A stretch of 64,000 nt of DNA from assembly GCF_006345805.1 (NCBI RefSeq), contig NC_043009.1, forward strand, positions 14,880,001-14,944,000, given 5' to 3'. Shown here one piece after another: positions 26,656-40,489 of the stretch. The DNA comes from Octopus sinensis (Eukaryota). Every line of letters starts with the position of its first letter. Within the stretch, counting starts at the first letter, position 1. Below the pieces are notes generated by a model. It was given only the letters and a program-made list of their open reading frames with translations. It did not search any database and had not been told where the DNA came from. The translations under genes were made by a program, and so were the position numbers.

Positions 26656-28366
26656 TTGAAGGACTAATTATAATACCTAATATCATAAACGAGGGCTTCA
26701 TGAATATAACATTATCCCACTTTTACAGGCTGAAAGGGAATAAAATCATTTTCCGATACTATAAACCTGTCAGAGACAGCGAAAGTTTTTGATTAAGCAA
26801 ATTTACGTGATATTTCGCTGACTGCTCATTTGGTAGCTGTTCTGATTGTTATTATTTTTGGAATTACTAAATCGGCGAGCTGGTCGAATCATTAGTACGA
26901 TATGCAAAGTGTTTAGCGGTAATCATAGTCCAAATGCCCTGAAGCCGACTTCGCATTTCGTTTTGGTACTCTTGTTTTCAAACCATGTAGGGCAATACTA
27001 ATGGTGTCTTCCACCTCTAGGATTCCGATGACAACTTCCACTCTTGGAGCTTATAAGTAATACTGGTAGAATGATTTATATTGTGCATTATAAGCAGCTG
27101 AAGTCCAAACAAAATAAGAAACACATTGCTAACAGATCCTGTCGTGTTGTGTTGCAGCTTTAGTGGTACTTCAGCGTCTAGCAAACACTTAACACTAAGC
27201 CTGATTTCTGTCTCTGGGTTCTCATCTTCTTTCACGCGCAATTACTTCATCTAAATTTTGCAAGCTATGCACATTTTTCTGTACCATATTCTCCCACATA
27301 AAGAGCTCTTAAATAGATATATTGATTCGTGCACTAACTGACACATCACAAGAACTCGATAGACCTTCACATTTTCATTTATCACTCGCATAATAACGTA
27401 AACATAACAGTGATAACACATAGCTATATTTAAGATATTTGCTGAATGGCTACATAAATGTTTGATCGTGAGAAAGATTCTTTCATTTCCTGAAAGTTGA
27501 CTAGCATAACTATATATTCAAAACTGCCTTATCACATCATTAGAACATCAAATTTAATGTCGTATGGTAATCTTCGTAGCTGGCTGAGAAAAATAAACCG
27601 ATTGTTATTTTCAATAACCCACATTAACTGAATATTTCAGATAAATGAAGCTGAGCTGGTATGACGCTGTTGATAAAATATATTGGACATACCGTCGACC
27701 GCAACCGTGAAGTCTTTTACGTTGATTATGTAGTAATTCTAACCTTTGAAAATACAGTGATTTTATAAGATCGAATTTTAAAAATAAACTAAAAATAATA
27801 ACAGAATCAACATCAATGAATTGATATCATTAAGTAGTTAAGTGTTCCTGGTTCATAATCTTTAAGAAGCCTTAACGGTAAGCGATCTTGCTCTTCGTAG
27901 TTCATAGTAACTGATTTTGATAGAGATAAGCTATGCACTTGTGGCCAGAAATAACAACGTGACGTCACAGGTGTTGCAGGGTAGCATTACTACCTCTATA
28001 TTTACCTTTCTGTTTAATCGTATATACAGAACAGTTTCTTCCCTCTTCATAAAAAAGTGGTAAGTCGGTTCGCTACATCTATTTAAACGCATGTATATAT
28101 AAATATGTGCATGCAAACATATACACACCTGTGTGTGCGTGTGTGATTGTGTGCGCGCGTGTGCGTGTGTTTGTTTGGATGTATGTTTGTGTATATAAGG
28201 ATAGGGTTAAAATCCAAGCTGTGACCTCTTCAAGTATATCTGCTTATTCCAATCCTTCGGAGTAGTTCGTAGATGTTATATTTGTGTGATTCATGCATAA
28301 GAACTGAACTCCTTGCAAAAGTGTAAACATCATAGTAATTATATATCATTTATTCCTCATTTCTCC

Positions 28367-28469
28367 TGTTTCATTTGCCAATAGGAGTTACAGACTTCTC
28401 CATCTGGGAGAAATATCTAATATATATCTTACATGTACGACTCTGTAACTCCTGTCAGCGAATGAAACA
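28367..28469. repeat. Small imperfect inverted repeat (28-bp arms), MITE-like
   Basis: TGTTTCATTTGCCAATAGGAGTTACAGA versus TCTGTAACTCCTGTCAGCGAATGAAACA; four transition differences. Confidence 0.6.
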
Positions 28470-28524
28470 CTTGAAATTATTACTAATACTTAAATATAGT
28501 TTCAGGTTTCTTGTTTCGTCATAT

Positions 28525-28567
<43 letters not shown>

Positions 28568-28572
28568 CATAC

Positions 28573-28667
<95 letters not shown>

Positions 28668-28949
28668 CATACATATATATATATACATATATATAGACCC
28701 TCCTATCATACACCTACACCTGTACATATACAAACATATGCACCAGACACAGTCTTACACTCATAGTCATACATATACACACACGTACACATTGACACAA
28801 TTAGAAAGGAAAAATTGAAAAAAATACATATAAAAAAAATTAAATATTTAAAATTACAAATTAATGAAAGTTAAAACATATGGAAAAGCTTGTGCAGGAA
28901 CATAGTAAAAATGTTGATTATAGCCGTGTTTTGGTGGGGCCCAAAACCG

Positions 28950-29150
28950 TAACAGATATTGTGTGACATATGGAAATGATTGCAAAACATCAGTTCTTCG
29001 ATTAAGACATGTAGTGGGGTTCAATGAACTTTTCCAGATGAGACGTCTTCCATATTAGAAAGGCCGCACTTGCCTCTAACGTTGGTATAAAGTTTACACT
29101 TGGCTAAGATCTTCCAGTAAATCATGTAGGTGACACCTTGTTCTTTTAAG
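28950..29150 (-). mobile_element. Penelope-like GIY-YIG C-terminal fragment
   Basis: YWKILAKCKLYTNVRGKCGLSNME, then LNRRT/ELMFCNH, matches WKILA.A..Y.N..K.CNLCL.E...LN.R.EL...C.H. Confidence 0.55.
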
Positions 29151-29344
29151 AACCATATATAATTGGATAATTATATATACGTATAAATGTCTAAACATAT
29201 ATGCATTATCTGACGTGGATGCAAACACCTATGTGTCTTTGAGGATGAGGTTGTGTACTGTTTGTTCTAAATTATAACATATATAAATAATCCTCTTTTT
29301 TTTCTAATATCGCGGTTAGTACTTCTGTTACTACTTTTTATTAG

Positions 29345-29381
<37 letters not shown>

Positions 29382-29383
<2 letters not shown>

Positions 29384-29815
29384 CGCAGGAGTGGCTGTGT
29401 GGTAAGTAGCTTGCAAATCAACCACATGGTTCCGGGTTCAGTCCCACTGCGTGGCATCTTGGGCAAGTGTCTTCTACTATAGCCCCGGGCCGATCAATGC
29501 CTTATGAGTGGATTTGGTTGACGGAAACTGAATGAAGCCTGTCGTATATATGTATATATATATATATATATAATATATATATATATGAGTGTGTGGTGTG
29601 TGTGTGTGTTTGTGTTTGTCCCCCTAGCATTGCTTGACAACCGATGCTGGTGTGTTTACGTCCCCGTCACTTAGCGGTTCGGAAAAGAGACCGATAGAAT
29701 AAGTACTGGGATTACAAAGAATAAGTCCTGGGGTCGATTTGCTCGACTAAAGGCGGTGCTCTAGCATGGCCGCAGTCAAATGACTGAAACAAGTAAAAAG
29801 TGTTAAAAGAGTAAA
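29382..29815 (+). mobile_element. tRNA-derived SINE, family B (full length)
   Basis: GGCGCAGGAGTGGCTGTGTGG...GGTTCAGTCCC head, CTTGGGCAAGTGTC core, internal (TA)/(TG) tract, GTAAAAGA tail. Confidence 0.9.
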
Positions 29816-29837
29816 AAAAAAAGAGTATATATATATC

Positions 29838-31125
29838 AGTACCGGCAATTGCTAGAAATAAGAGTAAAAGAAAATAACTCGAATAGCTACACAAAGCACT
29901 AACCTCATGAATTGATGGAATATGAGGGAGCGACCTAAATCCTCTTTCTATAGCAAGATAAACTCACAAAATGAAGTAAACAGACATAATCTTTTCACGT
30001 GGTTTCGAACTCTGATTATTATAATCTTAGTTTCTCATGAGAGGGTCTTACTGATATTCCGGTTTAAAATGGGTAGTTCGCCTCGTACGCCATCTAGAGA
30101 AAAACCATTATGAGAAAAACCGTTATCCGTTTAAAGTGTAAAGTTTAAATACAATAAGATATAGTATATCAAATTATTAAAATATGTTAAATATATTATA
30201 CTACAGGTGACCCGTTAGCAATTATAACCCACAGGCAGTAAATAAACAAAAGTAAACATTAGTACCGGCAGTTGCTAGAAAAAAAGAGTAAAAAATAAAC
30301 CTGCTCGAATAGTTACACAAAGCACTAATCTCATGAATTGGGGGAAAGTGAGGGACCGATTTACAACAACTCTCCATGATGAGATAAACTCAGAAAATGA
30401 AATATTCAAACATATCGTTACCATGTGATTTTGAAACCTCATCATTATAACCTTAGTTTGCATCAGAGGATCTTACTGATACTCCAGGTTAAAAGGAGTA
30501 GGGCGTCACGTGCAACACACGAGAAAAAGTTTTGAAAGCCAGCGCTAAATTAAAAACGGTGAAGGAGTATGTCAACTCATGAGACTGATTGTGTGTGACC
30601 ATTCGAACCGGTTTTGTGTTCACTCTTATTTCCAGCAATTACCGGTACTTATTTGTACCCTTGTTCATTTACTTACCTTTAGGTTTTAATTGCTAACGGG
30701 CCACCTATATTATGATGTATTTAATTTTTTAAAAATATTAATATATCATATCTTATTGTATTTACACTATAAGTGTGAGCGTTTTGAATTTAGCGCTGTT
30801 TTTCTCATGAGTATCTCAGGCGGGATGCTCTTTTTTTATCCCGGAGTATTAGTAAGATCTTCTCATGAGAACTAAGGTAATAATGATTAGAGTTCCAAAT
30901 CACGTGATAAGGTTATGTCTGTTTACTTATTTTTGTAAGTTTATCTCACCATGGAAAGGGGATTTAGCTCGCTCCCTCGCTTTCCCTCAATCCATGAGGT
31001 TAGTGCTTTGTGTGGCTATGCGAGTCCTTTCTTTTTTATTTTGAATCTTATTTCTAGCAATTGCCGGTATTAATGTATACCGTTGTTTCTTAACTTGGCT
31101 TGAGGTTTTAATTGCTATGTATCGT
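29838..31125. repeat. Foldback array of a ~423-bp monomer (direct and inverted copies)
   Basis: AGTACCGGCA(A/G)TTGCTAGAAA at 29838 and 30261; reverse complements end at ~30649 and ~31071. Confidence 0.85.
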
Positions 31126-31547
31126 TACTTGGGATATTTGGTTGTTATACCACTGAAGCAGAGCGAAATCACGTTAGCTGGTTGACGGTTATCATGTGTC
31201 ATCCATATAAATGCAAGTGCTTTTATGGACAACGGCTCCAAATAAGAGTTCTTAAGGTAAGTAAAACAGTATTCTGTATTGTAACTCAGCCTCCACGTTG
31301 TGTTGAGGATAGGTTTGACTTTATATGCATGTACACACACAAATGCACGCACAAACATATCTATATCTATATACATACATATATATGTGAATATATACAT
31401 ATATATATGTATGTATGTAAATATATATATATATATATATACATATATATAATTATTATTTGAGGGAATAAAATCCAAACTTACGAGGAAAAAGAATTCA
31501 ATTTTGAAATAGTACATCAAATTCCACACAATATAATATATATATAA

Positions 31548-31703
31548 AATATTAGAAAAAAACACATTTTATCAATTCAAAATGAATAATTAAATTACAC
31601 CATCTAGAAAATTACATATAATAGAAAACTTTTCTATTATATGTAATTTTCTAGATGGTGTAATTTAATCATTCATTTTGAATTGATAAAAGGTTTTTTT
31701 TTC

Positions 31704-31710
<7 letters not shown>
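31548..31710. repeat. Near-perfect AT-rich palindrome, ~81-bp arms, 1-nt centre
   Basis: Centre C at 31629; 39-bp perfect core (31590-31628 with 31630-31668). Confidence 0.9.
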
Positions 31711-31757
<47 letters not shown>

Positions 31758-32509
31758 TGCATGTGTGTATGTTTGCGCGAGTTGTGCATATTTATGAAGG
31801 ACATCACAATATCCGCTTGTGACAAAATTTATATCCATCATCCATGTCACAAATCGGGTTTAAAAATAGAAAACAACAGCAATACCACTCAACATATTTA
31901 GGTTACCTTCTTCATTCTCAGATGTTCCTTTGAATAATCACCTTTATTGCTTAATGTATCAATACAAAATATATTTATCCGAATTTTTCCCCTAATAACA
32001 TTCTCAATTCAAAACGAATACATTGAAAATTACAAAGCAACCAAAATTATTCAAAAATGCACTCAATACAAATACTGTTGATTCAAATAGTAATGGTTCT
32101 GATGATAACTATGAGAACGACATTAATAACAAAAAAAATTATTATAACGAGTGTAAAATTATTATAAATATAAAATTCTACGATATATGAATGATGAGAC
32201 ACGCATTTAATCTGAAGTATACATTTTTGATTTCAGCTTTGAAATTATGTATCCCCAGATATTGAAAACATATTGGGATTATTGACAAAAAAATGAAGAT
32301 GAAAGACATACTGAATGAATAAGATGATTGAAAAGATTCTAGTTCAAAATATCTGGCTGAAGAAACAAACGTGATTATATTATTAAAGAAGGCTTTGATG
32401 TGACTTCTTACGTGAATAACTCCGTTAAGTATGGTATTCATACGGTTTAAAAGGTAATACACTATTGCATAGCTTTTATTTCGCTAACTCTTTATCATCT
32501 ATCTCCCCA

Positions 32510-32705
32510 TATATATATATATATATAAATGTGTGTGTGTGTATGTATGTGTGTGTTTATACATATATTTGTTTATTAGCGTGTGCTTAAATATGTTTCC
32601 GTCTATCTATCTATCTATTTATCGATCTATCTATCTCTCTATCTGTCTGTCTATCTATCTATCTATGTATCTGTCTGTCTGCCTGTCTGTCTGTCTGTCT
32701 GTCTG

Positions 32706-32736
<31 letters not shown>

Positions 32737-33071
32737 ATAATATAGGCGCAGGAGTGGCTGTGTGGTAGGTAGCTTGCTTACCAACCACATGGTTTACGGG
32801 TTCAGCCCCAATACGTGGCACCTTGGACAAGTATCTTCTACTATAGCCTTGTGAGTGGATTTGATGGATGGAAACTGAAAGAAGCCCGTCGTATATATAT
32901 ATATATGTGTGTGTATGTGTGTGTGTGTGTATGTATGTGTGTGTTTATACATATATTTGTTTATTAGCGTGTGCTTAAATATGTTTCCGTCTATCTATCT
33001 ATCTATTTATCGATCTATCTATCTCTCTATCTGTCTGTCTATCTATCTATCTATGTATCTGTCTGTCTGCC

Positions 33072-33111
<40 letters not shown>

Positions 33112-33330
33112 CCTCTCTCTCTCTCTCTCTATAATATAGGCGCAGGAGTGGCTGTGTGGTAGGTAGCTTGCTTACCAACCACATGGTTTACGGGTTCAGC
33201 CCCAATACGTGGCACCTTGGACAAGTGTCTTCTACTATAGCCTTGTGAGTGGATTTGATGGATGGAAACTGAAAGAAGCCCGTCGTATATATATATATGT
33301 GTGTGTGTATGTGTGTGTGTGTGTATGTAT
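32510..33330 (+). repeat. Tandem duplication (~394-bp period) carrying two SINE B 5' halves (32745-32892, 33139-33287)
   Basis: Near-identical unique sequence; length differences are confined to microsatellites. Confidence 0.9.
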
Positions 33331-33847
33331 ATACCTACATATGTATATTAGACTCCTCGTGACCTGTTAGTTCACCTGGAAAAATCTGAGTTTTCCAGCA
33401 ACACTGTTTTGTTTTTTGTTTATATTTCTATTTTCCAGGTTATTTCTCACCGAACATCACATAGAAATCACGTGTGAACGGCTCCTTTCCCAGAAAATGA
33501 AATATTTGGCGGCTATTTCTAGCATGCCCTACTACCATATATCAGGTATATCGGGTCGTTTATCGCAAATAGATGTTACGTGGTAGCAGGGATTGCTACA
33601 AATAGCAGCCAAATCTCTGGAGCTGAGATGCGTTGAATTCACTTGAAAAACGTTTCGTAATTGTATTCCCCTGGAGCGATCTTTCGCTGTGACAGAACTG
33701 TCGGTTTGACTCTAACAACTGTCATCCGGATCACCTAGTTTTGTTCGTTAATTACCGTTAAAGATATTTATTTATTTACTTTTGTTTTATAGTCAAAGAG
33801 AGGTAAATGTGAAAGATGTATGAACGTGTATATGAAATGGACGTTTA

Positions 33848-33911
<64 letters not shown>

Positions 33912-35919
33912 CCATACAAGAGAGCACGCACGTTTACTCACCCTCTCTTCCGCACACACTAACATGCACGCGTACATACAAAAAAGATGTACGCATATGT
34001 ATTGTTGTATGTACGTATACATGACGACACCCCCTCACTCACTCTCTCTTTCTCTCTCACTTTTTCTCTCTTCCTCTCTCTCTCTTTCTCGCTTTCACTC
34101 ACACACACGTCCATTTCATATACACTTACATAGATGTTTGACATTCTCCTCTCCTTAACTTTAAGACAAAAGCAAATAAATATAATCTTTTTATGGAAAT
34201 AAACGACTTGAAAATATTTTTAAAAATCATTAAAAAATTGTCTATTTAAAGAAAGCTAAAATATAAATACTGTACAAACAACTTACATTTTTGAAATCAC
34301 ATAGAGTTAAAACTATTTCTAAATGATTAAAATAGTGTGAACGTGAAAAAGTCGAATTTTTTCTTAAAGAGCACGATGACTATGTGTGTGTATATGTCGC
34401 AGACAACGGACGTGTGTTTTTGTTGATTGACCGCCATGACTTCCATTATATGTGCGTGTGTTGACGTGACGAGTAAGCACAAACATTGTGTTTACTCGAT
34501 TTCATTAATAAATAGCGGTCCAAATTTCTCAAAGATTTGTACTGCACTACCGAAGTTAAGTATGAAAATAAATATGCAAGCAAAAAAGTTGAAATATACT
34601 GTTTCTGAGATATTTCGGGTACACATAAACGTCCCTAGAGACTTAGTATCATTAAGAAGTGCGCATGTGTGTGTGTGGTGTGTGAGTGTGTGTATGCAAA
34701 GAAATAAAATGGAAGATGCGTGAGGCATCTGAAAAGATACAAAATGTTGTGCAAACAATCCTCTGAAAAATTTACAACAGTAGATCTTGTCAACTCCAAA
34801 GAACTGAAGCTAAAGCAGAACCAGAGAGCTATCTAGAACTCTGGCAGCACAGTGTGCCTCCCTAGATTTAGCCGATGACTCGTGAGAAGTCTTATACTAG
34901 ATTGTTTTGCGTAATATGATTCCATCTTACTTCGTTTTTGATCTTCAGTCCTATAAGAGATTTTCGCAATTCTTGTGTTACTATTTTCATCATATTCTGC
35001 TTCAATAGTCACATTATTTTTTTTAATATACACGATTAATGATAGTTAAGATTGGAAACATGTTTCCTCACAGGCTCTCACTGATATTATTTTGTGTAGC
35101 TTATTATTGTGGAGCGTATAAAACTTTAGTGGAATGATGCAATTTTCAAACTTTGGTCGAGCATTAAATCAATGTTGGAAGTTTAATTGTTTCTTTGCCG
35201 AAAGCTGAGATGGGATTTTATTTGGCGGGTAATATATAAGCCATCGAAATCTCGTAAGGCTGACATTTAAATTCCAAGTGTATGATCGGAATAGTGGAAC
35301 ACTGTTAGAACAAATCCATACTTAAAATGAACGAGTGATTACATCGTTTGAAAAAAGAAATCGATGGAACCTTTTCATTTTAATGCGCGATATTTCTAAA
35401 AATACTAGATCCTCATTCGTTAAAGTGTACCATTTGTAATTACGAAGGGATTCGTTTGTAACACAATAAAGATATGAACAAAAAAGTATTAATATGAACA
35501 ATAAAGACTAAATCATTATTGTGAAATTAATTAGATAACATTATTTTTAGGATACTGACTTAATGATACTTCTTATTTTTTTGTTATTGTTTCCCGTCTA
35601 TTTTTTTATTGCTTTTAGAAAATTACTGGGATGTGGGTGAATATCAGAATTAACAAAGCGATGAACACTTTCGGTCTTAAGATCAAAATTTATATTGTTA
35701 ATTTAACCTTTTGTCTATCTGAGATAAATAAAATAAACATTCTACGTGTATATTGTAGTTTATTTCATAATCAAGGCATCTCAAAAAAAAAGCGGCGTTT
35801 GTTCTAATACAAGTAATTGATTTCGTTCTTTTTTTAATGTGTTCTTCGTAACAACTATTCTGTAATTTTCTTTTGATATTCTCTAATCCTTTTGTTCTTT
35901 CGAATATATTTCTACAAAA

Positions 35920-35936
35920 ACAACAACAACAACAAA

Positions 35937-35981
<45 letters not shown>

Positions 35982-36045
35982 AACTACTACTACTGTTCTT
36001 CCTCCTGTTGCTGCTGCTGCTACAGCTATTACCATAACTGCGGCT
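35920..36045. repeat. (CAA)n/(CTA)n/(CTG)n compound microsatellite
   Basis: Direct reading of the sequence. Confidence 0.9.
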
Positions 36046-36821
36046 ACTATGTGCAATATTATCGCTGAAATTTCACATTTAGGAAAATGACCTTCCTTCC
36101 AGTAGCGCACAATAGATGCTTGAAGGAATATGACAGTTAAATCCGTTAATAATCTACCAAACTTTAAATGACGATTCGAAATTGATGCACAGGTTTCTGA
36201 ACATTTTGTTGTATTACCTGCCAGAAATTTTAGCCATGTTACCTGCATGTCTGCAATGGGGGATAGGGACGTACCAAATGCGCCAAATCAACATTGAAGA
36301 CAGAATTTAAGAGTTATAACATCATGGTACTTCAACTGATATAAGATAATTAGACCTATCAGAGACGTAAAAATCTGTATAAGTCAATGTAACAAAAATT
36401 GTTGGACTCTATACGACGTACGAAGTCCACAATGAAAAATATGACTTCACTCTATATCGGGCACAGATGTATATAAATCAACATTTAACAGAAATTCGTC
36501 GCTCAATTTTCACAAGTTGTTAAAGTAACTTTTTCTCTATTGTACCAATTCATTTTAGTCTTCTTCAGACAGGCACATAATTGTTTTCAAGCGCAATCAA
36601 TGTACTTCGTTAGCGTTCTTGACATAGGAGTTGTGCAGACTTTTCGGTTTTTCTGAAGGCTAGATGCCTCATATAGAGACAATACTGACAAGGCCTCTGG
36701 TATAGACCGGAGATGCGAAGTTTAAGGAAAATAAACCACTGACGAGAATCACAAAGAAGTAGATAAATTTATTCATGCTGGCAGAAATGACGAGATGTGA
36801 ACTTGCTGCAGAATTGCATTG

Positions 36822-37272
36822 GGATCTTTTCGGTTTGAACGGCAGTTTTTTTAAATAATTTCCACGTAACTAAACACATTTAAACTTCGTATACTGGTAG
36901 AATGTGTTTATAAAACATCTTTCTCTCTTGGCTTTATTGATAAAATTCTATAGTTTGTAAGATATTTGTTGTTTTGTTTCTTCTATTTCTGCAATTTCAA
37001 CCAATCAATGACGTTTATTGAAGTGAAAACATTCTGTGCCGTATGAATATGTCCATCGTTTAAGAAACAGGTTGGCTTTATTTATATTTCTGAAGAAAAA
37101 AAGATACTCTTCCCCCCACCCGTAACCCTAACCCTAATCCTAACCATAACCCTAACTAACGCTAACCCTAAAACAGATTGAAATGCAATAGGTCGATACT
37201 AGGGTCATAATTATGGTTGACAATTTCATATGATACCGCTAGAAAAAATTGCCGTTCAAACCGAAAAGATCC
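36822..37272. mobile_element. 451-bp MITE with 23-bp perfect TIRs and 8-bp TSD
   Basis: TIR GGATCTTTTCGGTTTGAACGGCA; TSD TTGCATTG at 36814-36821 and 37273-37280; internal (TAACCC)n at 37123-37171. Confidence 0.9.
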
Positions 37273-37399
37273 TTGCATTGTGGTCACAATACATTATAGA
37301 AGATGGAGAAATACTGGTTTTCGGGAAGTGTGTGTATTGTGAGTTCCCCGGCACTTGACCACCGAGTGAAATTATTTAAATCAGTGTCATATTTGTCCG

Positions 37400-37560
37400 T
37401 GAAATGACGGTTGGGCAGGAGCTAGCGCTTGCCACATAAGGTCATAGTGATATTTTTTGCACAGGGCACGGGCGTCATTCTCATTGATTTTCTAGAACAC
37501 GGTTACACGATGAAGTACGGGCAGTGCGCTGAGACACAAATAAAGATTAGAAAAGGTTAT
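37400..37560 (+). mobile_element. Mariner transposase fragment
   Basis: KVIVIFFAQGTGVILIDFLEHGYTM resembles KVMATVFWD..GVILIDFLE.G.T. Confidence 0.6.
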
Positions 37561-37577
37561 TAAGATGTGCTAACTAA

Positions 37578-37990
37578 TCATCATCATCATCATTGTTCGA
37601 CCGTGGTCGAGACAATGGAATTTACCATGTTGCGCCAGACTTCACGGTCCATCATAGCATTACGGAGGTCCCGTTGCTGGATGCCTGTATCCCTGGAGAT
37701 TACATCAGGGCAGGAGAGTGTGCGCCCTCTGGTGTTGCGAGTAGATGGCTTCCAGAGGAGAAGAGTAGAAATTACTTCTTTTTCAGCTCTACAACAATGT
37801 CCAGCAAACTGGACTCTCCTACCCTTCACAAGAGATGACACAGGTGGTAATTTCCCATATATTTGCATTTTAGTTGGATGGCGCCTCCACGAGAGATTTT
37901 GAGCTCTCATAAGGAGGCGAGTGTTTGGTTCCATCCAACCGCCTCTCAAGCTTCTTTGATAACGTCCAGGTTTCTGAGCCATATAGTGCT
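37578..37990 (-). mobile_element. RTE-clade LINE 3' end with (TGA)n tail
   Basis: LSWRRHPTKMQIYGKLPPVSSLVKGRRVQFAGHCCR...MMDREVWR; tail reads (CAT)n on the plus strand at ~37578-37592. Confidence 0.85.
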
Positions 37991-40489
37991 AACTAAAGAA
38001 GGATCTGAAAACTGTATATTCATCACTAATAATGCGTTGTTACATACGGTTTAGCCAGTAAATGAAGCAAACGGATGTTTAGGATGGTTAATGTAACAGT
38101 CTGAATCAGGAGTCCTAGTATTCCACATGTTTACTCCAATAAAGGATAATCTTTTGGAGAAAACTGTTTGATGACTCAGAGATGAAGGCTGCTTCGAAGA
38201 CGCTGATGAGGACTATTCCTGGGAGACAGAAACATCCACTAGTATTAACAGCTATTAATCATATACCAGCAAAATATCCGACACTATGATTACATTTCAA
38301 CTTAAAAAGAAATTAATCTTCCCGCATAAAGTTCCCTTGCAGTATGTATCTTACAGTTATCTACCATTTTCATTTATGATGTATCTAGTTCGTCTACTAA
38401 TTGCAAATTGAACTTTGCAATTATTTTTGAATTGCAAATTCTCCCATAACGAGAGTCTGAAGTGGCCATGAGCTTATTTAACACCTTTTTTTAGTTACAA
38501 TGATAAAAATTACTAAAGTTCTATTTGCTTCGAAAGAATTCGCAACAATCTGATAACTTATTTATTTTATGTGGTAAATTCTGACCTTTTTGAAGGATAT
38601 AGGCTGAATAAATTCTAGTGATAATAATTACGTATAATGTTCTTGCCAAAATAAACCCCAGTAAATTTTCAGTTCGTTAATAATTTTAGTGTCAATCTAA
38701 TAAACGTTATAGAGAAATATTGTACATATGCTATGGTATGAGTATAGTATAAGAATTCAAATTTAATCATCATCGTCACACATAATTTGTTTTTCCTTAG
38801 TCTTTAAAATATGGATTAGAGGCACATTAAATATCAATGACGTGAGATAGAGAGAAAATATGATACTGAGCTATGTATCTTAATGTACTCATAATATTTC
38901 TTTCACGTGGAGTGCATCGCCAATGAATAAAGATAATTAGGAATTATGCTACTCTCTGCTACATCAACGAGAAAGAAAAGACACAAATAGCCCCATATTC
39001 AGGGATGTCAGCTGTTGATGTGCAACGTAGTAATGTAATGAAGTGTTGACAAAGAAAAACAAAACTTCGTTAGACATAATTCATGAAATAAAGAGAAAGT
39101 ACCGAATTGTTTTGTTTTCCCGTAGAATTCAATTAACTGTAAAGAAAACAACAACAACAACAACAATAAAACAAGAACAATAAGCAGAACAAGCCATCAG
39201 CTAAAATATCGACAATAAAGAAGGCATAGAAAAACTGAGATAGCTCAAATTTGTTTAATACATGTGATTCTATTAATAATGATTTGATAAAGTTACCTTA
39301 TTGATTATCAAAAAACAATAAAAATGTTATGATTGCTAATTTAAAACAGGTTTTTCAACTAATCATAACAAGTTCGGTATCAAAACATTGTGGACCACAA
39401 TAGTTTTCATTTTTTTTGTATCTACTTTTCGTCCCTCCAACCACATGATTTTGTTTAAATTGATGTCTGCGTTTATTTGTAAAGAAGGAATAGAAATGTT
39501 ACATTGTTTGCAAAGAGAGAAAAACTTTGTGAGCGTGGAAAATGATATAAATTTATTGTTATTTGCGTTTATCAGTAAATTCAAATATTTTAAAAACAAT
39601 TAGTGTTTTACTGTGTCTATTTTCCCTAGCATCATTTCTTTTGTTCCTTTCATACACAATCTACTCTTGTTTCATGGTAAGTGTAAGAAAATGTATACAT
39701 ACACACACACCTACAAACATACATACATACATACATACATACATACATACATACATACATACACGCGTACAAAAATATATACAAACATACATACATATAT
39801 GCATGCATGTAGATACTCTTAAATATATGTGCCTGTAGATGTATGTATCTGTTGGAAATGAAGAAAATATCTGATAGCTAGATTTATGTTGTAAAAATCA
39901 TTGAACGATTTTATGGAAATGCATCCCACTTGTTATTGCAGAGAATAAAAACTAATTTTATTGTGAATTTCCTTTAATACAATATATTCTTCTTTACCTT
40001 GGAGTAACCCAGCATGGCATAAATGGGGAAAAACATACTAATCACGCATTTATAAATTTAAATCAGTCAATTAGTTCAGTGTTTTGTATGTTTATACCTT
40101 TACCACATACTGGGAGATTTCGCTGTAAAGAACAGTTTGCGGCCTTATTATTTTTCTTTCTATAAATGTGGTATGAGTCCATGTGGTGCAAAAAAAAAGT
40201 ATGTTAATATCTTCATTTATGTATGTCTCCTAGGTTGATACGCAAGGTAAACCAAATCAATATGCGAATAATTTGTTTATATAAATTTGATATTATGTAC
40301 ATTTCTATTCACATGATGACTCCTAAAACGAGTATCCTGTCAGTGAAAGTTCATTCAGATATTTTATTAGTGTTTAGTTATCGATTAGAATTTAAGTTCA
40401 TATTTTAATTATTTACGATTCTGCACATTAAGCACAATTTTCCAATTACATCAGTTAATATGATATCCCGAAGTTAGAGAATTAGAGGC

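Noticed and set aside
27017-27241. 74-aa minus-strand ORF (MRVKEDENPETE...)
   Set aside because: Non-canonical start, no recognisable domain or splice signals.
38198-38240. CTGATGAG...GAAAC words (also CTGATGAG at ~24790 and ~54760)
   Set aside because: Stems I and II do not form; possibly old hammerhead debris but unsupported.
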